Shown here piece by piece: positions 45,471-52,149 of a stretch of DNA of 52,149 nt. Below the pieces are notes generated by a model, which did not search any database, was not told the origin of the DNA, and saw only the letters and a list, made by a program, of their open reading frames with translations. This stretch comes from a virus. Lineage: Duplodnaviria > Caudoviricetes. How positions within the stretch are numbered: position 1 is the stretch's first letter; every line of letters starts with the position of its first letter. The position numbers and the translations under genes are program-made. Where the stretch lies: positions 1 through 52,149 of IMG/VR virus record IMGVR_UViG_3300013101_000013. One strand, written 5' to 3'.

Positions 45471-47705
45471 ATGAGTGTGTTCAAGCACACTGAAGTTGAG
45501 GGCGAGACCCTCGCAACAGAAGAGGTGCTCTCGAGAGATGCACTCGATAACCTCTTCGACCACGACCCCGAGAAGCGGGTCATGGGCAAGATGCAGGTCA
45601 GGACCACTGGCACCATCGACGGTGCGAAGTGGAGTCTGTCCCGTGCCTTGAGTGATGCCATGGATAGTGGGCTCTGGAGGTTCGTAGAGAACCAGGGGTC
45701 ACCTACTCTCGGCAAGCTCGAGAAGTACATGGATAGGCGTGAGCTGGCCTTCCGTGAGGTGAAGCCCGTGGTGATGTACTGCCACGAGATCACCGAGGCT
45801 GCTGTACGTAACGTGCGGCGCAAGTTCAACGGTGTCATCCATCAGGGATGCAGCCTACTCCTGGACCTGGAGTGGATTGATCAGAACGACCCCGGTCAGG
45901 GCGCCATGGTCACCCACAATGGGCTCCGTCTGTTCTCGGTCCGTGTTCCCTTCAGGTTGGAGGGCAACAAGGTCAAGAGCAAGGAGGGCTGGACCTTCTG
46001 GCTGGCACACCCCTACACCCACAGTGGTGTCGAGACGGTGGAGTTCCACGATGTCATCATCGAGATCCCCGAGACCAAGCGAAAGCTGCGGCTGATTGGA
46101 CTCCCGGCCGAGATTGACAACCTCTTCTCTAAGAAGCGTGGGCTCACCCTGATCACACAGGTGCGGGTGCTGAGGGACAACGAGTGGAAGTGGATACCCC
46201 ACAGGCTCCTCAAGGACAACGACATCACCTACCGTCCGACGCCTGAGGGCCCGAGGTTGGTGAAGCGTGTCTCCCGGTTCATCAAGATGGCCATGCCCCT
46301 GCCCAGCCTGATCAGTGATGGTCACCTCAGGTGGGTAGCCAAGGCTCAGGAGCTACTGAAGGAGCTGGCTGGTGGTCTCAAGGAGATCGAGCACTGTGAG
46401 GGTATCAAGACGGAAGTCCTGGTCCCTGGCTCTTACAGGGTGCCTGAGGAGGTCCTGAGCACAGGTGCGGTGGAGCGCATCAGTGACAGTGGCATCGATG
46501 TCCATGAACAGGCTCACTACAAGCTCAACGAGTGGTTCCCGTGTGGGACTGGCTGGACGAGCAGACTGGACCCGTTCCCGGAGTTCCATGGTCATGGTCC
46601 CTACAACACCAGGCCGTCCACAGGTGAGTGGGTCTATAAGCGGTACTCCAACGCGGATGGACACACCAGGCAGGACTTCTACCCCCGTGATGGTGAGGAG
46701 GTCTACAAGCAGCGTGACGAGTGGGACAGGTCATCCGAGATCTGCATCCAGGACATTGTCGTCGGTGACGACATGATGGATGAGAACCCCATCGACATCG
46801 CTACGATCGCGTTCAGCATGCCTGGTACGTGCCAGGGTTGCGGGATGTTCTTCGATCACGGTCTCGAGAGGAAATGCCCCCGATGTGGTCACCACGCGGG
46901 ACACGGCATCCTCTGGACTACTCAGGAGGGTGTGAAGCGCCCCATCAAGTGGTTCAACCTGCGTGCTAACCCCTCGGTGAAGCATGGTGATCAGTGGTTG
47001 GGTGGTACCAGCCTCAGCGAGTTCATGTCCATGACCAGGAGACTGATCCGGGACAAGGACTGCCTGATCAACGTGGTCACACCGTGGATCCTGCGTAGGG
47101 ACCTGGACGAGTGGAGTACCTGGGTCGAGGAGCACGGGGATGACAAGAACTACCCCGGTGCCATGCTCAAGCAGCGGAGGCTGAAGTCGTTCGAGGGTGA
47201 GACCAGCATCAAGAGGATGCACTACGCTCGGATGTACAGCGATCCGTATCGGTTCCGTCGGATGATGTACAGCACCCCTGATGGTGTGAACGTACGTGGT
47301 TCACCCAACAGGATCTTCTGTGTCCGTGGTGAGCTCAAGAATGGGCTCGTCAACAAGTACGCCCTGCGTCCGGACAGGAAGGGTATGGAGTCCATCATCG
47401 GCAAGGCGTTCTTCTTCCTGGATGAGGAGAAGGCAGACGAGATGGGTATGAAGTACCTGCAGCTGCCCAGCAAGGTCATGGTCGTCACCTTCATGAATGA
47501 TGAGGTGAGGGATCAGAAGCTGTTGCCGGCCATCCATATCGGGGACAACGCCCATGGCTCTGCCAAGGGTGAGTCCAGCGGCATCGTGACCACTCACAAG
47601 GTGGGCGTGAACAAGCCCTTCGACTACAGCAAGGTCAAGAGGCTGAAGCCCATGGACTACAGCGAGAACCTCGGTGCTGATTACATGAAAGGAGGTGTGC
47701 GATGA
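45471..47705 (+). CDS. 744-aa protein with zinc ribbon, possibly a divergent RNA polymerase beta-like subunit
   Basis: AAGGAG RBS, CQGC...CPRC, NKYALRPDRKGM motif. The ORF is solid, the function is tentative. Confidence 0.5.
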   Translation: MSVFKHTEVEGETLATEEVLSRDALDNLFDHDPEKRVMGKMQVRTTGTIDGAKWSLSRALSDAMDSGLWRFVENQGSPTLGKLEKYMDRRELAFREVKPVVMYCHEITEAAVRNVRRKFNGVIHQGCSLLLDLEWIDQNDPGQGAMVTHNGLRLFSVRVPFRLEGNKVKSKEGWTFWLAHPYTHSGVETVEFHDVIIEIPETKRKLRLIGLPAEIDNLFSKKRGLTLITQVRVLRDNEWKWIPHRLLKDNDITYRPTPEGPRLVKRVSRFIKMAMPLPSLISDGHLRWVAKAQELLKELAGGLKEIEHCEGIKTEVLVPGSYRVPEEVLSTGAVERISDSGIDVHEQAHYKLNEWFPCGTGWTSRLDPFPEFHGHGPYNTRPSTGEWVYKRYSNADGHTRQDFYPRDGEEVYKQRDEWDRSSEICIQDIVVGDDMMDENPIDIATIAFSMPGTCQGCGMFFDHGLERKCPRCGHHAGHGILWTTQEGVKRPIKWFNLRANPSVKHGDQWLGGTSLSEFMSMTRRLIRDKDCLINVVTPWILRRDLDEWSTWVEEHGDDKNYPGAMLKQRRLKSFEGETSIKRMHYARMYSDPYRFRRMMYSTPDGVNVRGSPNRIFCVRGELKNGLVNKYALRPDRKGMESIIGKAFFFLDEEKADEMGMKYLQLPSKVMVVTFMNDEVRDQKLLPAIHIGDNAHGSAKGESSGIVTTHKVGVNKPFDYSKVKRLKPMDYSENLGADYMKGGVR

Positions 47706-49501
47706 GGTCTATCCACAAGAACTCGTTGGTTGGGCGTGTCCTCAAGCAGGCACGTCTGGATTACTCCAGTCTGGAGGAGTACTTGAACAGTGACGCTGTT
47801 CTCAACGCGATCGACAGCTACAAGGACCTGATGTGGGTGTGGATCAAGGAGAACATGCCGGTCCGGAAGTACACCACGTGCTGGGAGGAGACACCGGGGA
47901 AGATCAGCTGGGTCAACGGCACCATCAGGATGGACATCATCCGTGGACAGGACGGAGCCATCGACCGAGCCTTCAAGCGGTTGGCTGGGAAGGGTCGAGG
48001 AGGAGGCGTCCGGCTGAACCTGCTACCCAGCAAGGGGATCAAAGTCCGTGACGACTTCATCATGGAAGAGATGTACGCGGCCATGAAGGAGAAGCACGCG
48101 TTCGTACTACCCCGTGTGTCCAGAGGAGTAGTCGAGAAGCACATGGCAGAGCAGACCGACAAGTTCAAGAAGAGAGGTATCGAACTTCATGTCTGGGACG
48201 TAGAGATGAGGGCGAAAGACTTCAGGCGAAGCACCATCACGATCCAGAAGGACCTTCAACGGGCCATCTTCCGTGAGACATCTCTTAAGTGGTTCATGTG
48301 CACGCCTCACACGCTCTCCAAGAGGGTATGGAACCACTTCCTGTTCCAGGTCCTGGACAAGGATGCACTGGCCATCGCTACGAGCTGCAACACAACGAAC
48401 GTCACGATCGACCACTACAACACGGTAGTACGTAGCCTGGAGTCGGCCAAGGAGGCCCATGCGCTCAACCCCTCGGTCACTGCGCTCTGGATGAACATCA
48501 TGGGTTCTAACTACCCGTGCAAAGGCGCTATTCACCAGGCGCTCAAGATCCACATGAAGAGGAACGGCCTAACCAACCGTGGATGGAAGTACCTGCTCAA
48601 GCTGTCGGTGCTGACGGTCACGCACATGGTGAACACCATCAAAGCCAACGTACATGTGGACCTGGACATGCTGAGGCCTCAAGAGGGTCGCAGGATGCCC
48701 AACCAGCTCTACGTTGAGCTGCACGAGGTTATCGCGAGAACCCTGAACAACCTGGCCATGACCGATGTCAGCCCCAGGTACACCGTGATGCGTTGGCTCA
48801 GTCGTGAACTCATAGACATCTCCATGTGGGCCGTGCAAGAGGACATGATTAGCTCCAAGGTAAGCATCCTGCGTGCCTGCTTCAAGGCCACTAAGTACGA
48901 GGCCATCAGCAACAAGAGGTGGAACAAGCTGAACAACGAAGCCCTCCAGAACCAGACTCAGCTTCCTCCTCCCCGGTGGAGTGGGCGTCTGCATGTCGTA
49001 TGGGACTGGATGCACCAGCTCAATGTCCCTCTGGCTCGTAACCAGAGGAACATGGACTTCATTGGCATGGAGAGGCTGGCTGCAGCATGGCATCAGGAGC
49101 TGAGGAACAACCAGATAGGTGGCCACGACATCTTCGGATACAGCTCGCTACGTGAGCCCAAGGAATGGGAGAGTGCCATCGAGAGCTACGAGTACGAAGA
49201 GCTGGTGGCCCTACCTATCAACTCCACAGTGGAGCTGATGGAAGAGGGCAAGGCCATGCACCACTGTGTTGCCGGCTATGACAGCTACTGCGTAAATGGC
49301 ACCACGAGGATCTTCAGCATCCAGGACAAAGAGGGCAAGCGCATCTCTACCCTGGAGCTGAGGTATGACGCACAGAGCAACAGGTGGAACACAGGTCAGA
49401 ACTACGGACCCTGCAACCACCAGGTAGAGCACAGGATCACAGGCTTCGGTACGAAGGTCGCAGCGAAGTACACGGAAGAGTTCAGAAAGGACGAAGAGTG
49501 A
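47702..49501 (+). CDS. PcfJ-like domain protein
   Basis: C-terminal WHQE...ELMEEGKAMHHCVAGY...IFSI...TLEL...QNYGPCN. Confidence 0.75.
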   Translation: MRSIHKNSLVGRVLKQARLDYSSLEEYLNSDAVLNAIDSYKDLMWVWIKENMPVRKYTTCWEETPGKISWVNGTIRMDIIRGQDGAIDRAFKRLAGKGRGGGVRLNLLPSKGIKVRDDFIMEEMYAAMKEKHAFVLPRVSRGVVEKHMAEQTDKFKKRGIELHVWDVEMRAKDFRRSTITIQKDLQRAIFRETSLKWFMCTPHTLSKRVWNHFLFQVLDKDALAIATSCNTTNVTIDHYNTVVRSLESAKEAHALNPSVTALWMNIMGSNYPCKGAIHQALKIHMKRNGLTNRGWKYLLKLSVLTVTHMVNTIKANVHVDLDMLRPQEGRRMPNQLYVELHEVIARTLNNLAMTDVSPRYTVMRWLSRELIDISMWAVQEDMISSKVSILRACFKATKYEAISNKRWNKLNNEALQNQTQLPPPRWSGRLHVVWDWMHQLNVPLARNQRNMDFIGMERLAAAWHQELRNNQIGGHDIFGYSSLREPKEWESAIESYEYEELVALPINSTVELMEEGKAMHHCVAGYDSYCVNGTTRIFSIQDKEGKRISTLELRYDAQSNRWNTGQNYGPCNHQVEHRITGFGTKVAAKYTEEFRKDEE

Positions 49502-49710
49502 TGAACGACTACTACACATGCCCCGTGACCGGAGAGCTGGTCGAGCTGGACAGGGATGAGATCGAGACCGAGAGCTGCTTCACCCACGCGCCTGGTGCCA
49601 AGACCTACGTCGAGTGCCACAGCTGTGGTGGGCACCACGACTGGGACAAGGTCCAGGAGGCGCAGAAGGAGCTCGACAAGAAGGAAAGCGAGGAACAGAA
49701 GGATGCCTAA
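49501..49710 (+). CDS. Small zinc-ribbon protein
   Basis: MNDYYTCPVTG...ECHSCGGHH, TGATG overlap. Confidence 0.6.
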   Translation: MNDYYTCPVTGELVELDRDEIETESCFTHAPGAKTYVECHSCGGHHDWDKVQEAQKELDKKESEEQKDA

Positions 49711-49909
49711 GAAGGAATGCTGCCCCAAGTGTGGGCATAGGTACACAGTCACCTACTTCGAGGACTGTCTGGACCCGGATTGGCTCCAGGTGACCGACGC
49801 CATCAGCATGCTGGAGAAGATCCAGGAGAAGCATGGGACTGACATGGGTGTGCTGATCGGGACACTGGTAGAGACTAGAACCAAGATCGAAGAGAGGATC
49901 CTCCCTTGA
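49703..49909 (+). CDS. Small zinc-ribbon protein
   Basis: MPKKECCPKCGH..., GAGGA upstream. Confidence 0.55.
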   Translation: MPKKECCPKCGHRYTVTYFEDCLDPDWLQVTDAISMLEKIQEKHGTDMGVLIGTLVETRTKIEERILP

Positions 49910-50052
49910 CCGCCACCGGAAACCGGACCGGACCGCCTGCGGCGGGCGCTTCGCGCGTCTGCAAGGGGAGAGGTGACCGCCTCAAGGGTGCTAGAGTGAA
50001 CGACTAACTCGGTTGGTTGCGCCTGACACGGACGCAACCAGCTACTCCTGTC

Positions 50053-50087
50053 GCCTCCCGGGTATGCATTGCCCGGGGGGCATTTTC
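50053..50087 (+). terminator. Intrinsic terminator-like hairpin
   Basis: GCCTCCCGGGT-ATGCATT-GCCCGGGGGGC-ATTTT. Confidence 0.65.
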
Positions 50088-50130
50088 GTGTCTTGACAGA
50101 CACATGAAGCACAGAGGAGGAGGTAACCAC

Positions 50131-50535
50131 ATGAAGAGTGCTATGAGTAGAAACGAAGAAGACACTGGTGAGAAGCGGGAGCCCATCACCAACACCATTG
50201 CGGATGGCATCGGCAGTGGTATCGAGGGACTGTTCTATCTCGTCGGCAGGGCTTCGCCCGTCGTCGCTGATGCAGCAGCCGCCGTCGCAGCAACCCGTGC
50301 CGGGACCCACGTCGTGCAGCATGCGCACACCGGTTACGTCAAGGGGTGGAACGCCACCTTGGAGAACCGCATGAAGAAGCAGCGTCGTGCTGGGCGTGCC
50401 CGGTTCGGCGACAAGTTCGACGAGGGCGTCCAGCGCGCCAAGGTCGGAGTCCGCGAACTCGTGGATCAGGTGCACAAGGACATCGAGAGCCTGCGTGGCA
50501 ACGAGCCGCAGCTCAAGCCGGTACCCGGCGAGTAG
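50131..50535 (+). CDS. Hypothetical protein
   Basis: GAGGAGG RBS, ATG 50131. Confidence 0.65.
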   Translation: MKSAMSRNEEDTGEKREPITNTIADGIGSGIEGLFYLVGRASPVVADAAAAVAATRAGTHVVQHAHTGYVKGWNATLENRMKKQRRAGRARFGDKFDEGVQRAKVGVRELVDQVHKDIESLRGNEPQLKPVPGE

Positions 50536-50632
50536 GAGGGAAGAGGTAACCACATCAAAGGACGGTGTAAGAGAGCCACCAATTACTGCTCTCGTGAGAC
50601 GGAACATGTGAACCCTAGAAAGGGACCTAAGC

Positions 50633-51394
50633 ATGCCCACCAAGAAGGAACGACAGGCCGCTGCCAAGAAGCTCGCTGACGAGCAGGCCGCCGCCGCGGA
50701 GCAGAAGCCCACCGAGGAGACCGTCGAGGTCGCGGTGGAGGAAGCTCCCGAAGAGACGACGGAAATGCCCGTCGTTGATGTGACCGAACTCTACTCCGGC
50801 GTGACCTCGCACATCGCGGCCGGTGCGGAGCGGTTGCAGGTTATCGTCCGCGTGCCCGTGCTCGATGCGCTGGTCGCGAAGCGGCACCCGGACTTCAAGG
50901 CCTACGCCTCGATGTTCGGCCCGAAGGACACCAAAGGCATCGTGCATCCGGACTACCGCGGTGCGGTGCTCTGGGGCGCCACGGCCCGGGACCAGTGCAA
51001 CAAGGCTGGCATCGCGCTCGGCAACGCGTCGGTCGGCTCGTCCGGCTTCCCGGCTCCGCGCAACTCGTACGTCAAGACCAACAGCGGCTCCTCGTCGTTG
51101 GATGGTCGCACGTTCGGCGGCGGACTGTCCCTGACCAACGAGTGGCTGATCCTGCTCTTCGCCACCGAGGTGGAGACGCTGGAGGACTTCAAGGCCCAGC
51201 AGTGCGATCCCGAGACGATCGTGAACGAGCTGCGGGACAAGGTCCAGCAGTCCAAGGCCAACCGTCTGCGTCGCGAGGCCCGCCAGAACCGGCAGACCAC
51301 GTCGCAGAGCCGTAAGCCGCAGGGTCGTCAGCCCGAGGGCGTGACCTACGGTGGCGACAACAAGGACGAAGAGACCGGCGACATCGACGTCTAG
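50633..51394 (+). CDS. Hypothetical protein with acidic termini
   Basis: 253 aa, strong codon bias, followed by a terminator. Confidence 0.7.
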   Translation: MPTKKERQAAAKKLADEQAAAAEQKPTEETVEVAVEEAPEETTEMPVVDVTELYSGVTSHIAAGAERLQVIVRVPVLDALVAKRHPDFKAYASMFGPKDTKGIVHPDYRGAVLWGATARDQCNKAGIALGNASVGSSGFPAPRNSYVKTNSGSSSLDGRTFGGGLSLTNEWLILLFATEVETLEDFKAQQCDPETIVNELRDKVQQSKANRLRREARQNRQTTSQSRKPQGRQPEGVTYGGDNKDEETGDIDV

Positions 51395-51414
51395 CTCGTA
51401 CTCCTGCCCATCCT

Positions 51415-51452
51415 GCCTCAGCTGCCCCTCAGGGGTGGCTGGGGCTTTCTTC
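51415..51452 (+). terminator. Intrinsic terminator
   Basis: GCCTCAGCTGCCCC-TCA-GGGGTGGCTGGGGC-TTTCTT. Confidence 0.75.
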
Positions 51453-51458
51453 AGTGCT

Positions 51459-51869
51459 ATGAAGGACAACAAGCTCTACCTCGCGTCGGCCGGCGTACTC
51501 ACGGCCCTGGCCATCTTCGGCACAGGCTTCATCGTCACCTGCCTCATCGCTGGGTTCCTGGTGTTCTTCTGCTTCTGGCTACTGGTTCAGAAGAGCCACG
51601 TGGTGAGGTTCCTCGTTCGGAGGTTCCCGCTGATCACAGATGCAGCTGTCACCCTCGGTTCATTCTTCATGTTCTCCGGGATGGGCATCGTCGCCATCCT
51701 CGCCTCCTCGGTGGTCGGCATTCTCACCACTGGGTACGTGGCCAAGGAGCGCATGCGCTGGCTGGAGTCCAAGGAGCAGTCCAAAGAGAACGGGCAGGGG
51801 CCCCGAAGGGGGGCGAAGCCCCCCGTACACCACTCACATCAGAAGTACTCACTTCCCGGCAGGGCCTAG
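51459..51869 (+). CDS. Membrane protein
   Basis: MKDNKLYLASAG..., two hydrophobic hairpin segments. Confidence 0.6.
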   Translation: MKDNKLYLASAGVLTALAIFGTGFIVTCLIAGFLVFFCFWLLVQKSHVVRFLVRRFPLITDAAVTLGSFFMFSGMGIVAILASSVVGILTTGYVAKERMRWLESKEQSKENGQGPRRGAKPPVHHSHQKYSLPGRA

Positions 51870-52149
51870 GGCCCCTGCGGGAAGGAGACCAGTAGAGAGT
51901 AGGTTCAGCACCTTGACCGACTCCTCGTAGTGTCTCTTCACTAAGACAGGAAAACATACTGTTTAGTGTGACCTACAGATATTGCTCTCACAGAGGTACT
52001 TAGCTCTCTTGGAGTTGAGTAACAACACCGGCACCGGTCAGGTGCCGGGAGAGTAGAAGTAGAGGTACAGTCGAAGTGGAGAGTGGGTACCACTGGAGTA
52101 CAGGAGAAGTGAAAGTGGCCTGGCTCTAGGGGGGTACATAATAGAGAGA

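Noticed and set aside
1-52149. tRNA/rRNA genes, integrase, reverse transcriptase/DGR, alternative genetic code
   Set aside because: None was recognised by eye. Genes end in all three stop codons and pack tightly under code 11. A tRNAscan run would be needed to fully exclude tRNAs.

Overview
This is a 52 kb segment of a large, tailed dsDNA phage of the contractile-tail (myovirus) type, with no cellular housekeeping genes. Bases 1-~37,900 form one leftward virion and packaging operon. In window order it holds a truncated tape-measure-like gene, two chaperone paralogs, three tube-fold paralogs, the sheath, neck/terminator genes, a mosaic fibre/decoration block (20-aa repeat protein, beta-helix protein, LamG proteins), an Ig-bearing adaptor, major capsid, decoration protein, prohead protease/scaffold, portal and large terminase. 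It continues with Gly-rich putative ejection proteins, an EndoVII homing endonuclease and a 1190-aa multi-nuclease polyvalent protein. A small regulatory block follows (Zn-ribbon/Fis HTH, sigma70-family factor). At 40.7-43.2 kb is a leftward array of ten mostly translationally coupled small ORFs, nine of which carry a degenerate N-terminal motif (M-x-P-x-x-Y-x-I-x-P). After a divergent non-coding region, a rightward early-type region carries a complete type II hammerhead ribozyme, a 744-aa protein with an RNA-polymerase-beta-like K-x-A-x-R-x-x-x-K-G motif and a PcfJ-like protein. Product calls come from motif recognition and gene order only. No database searches were run.
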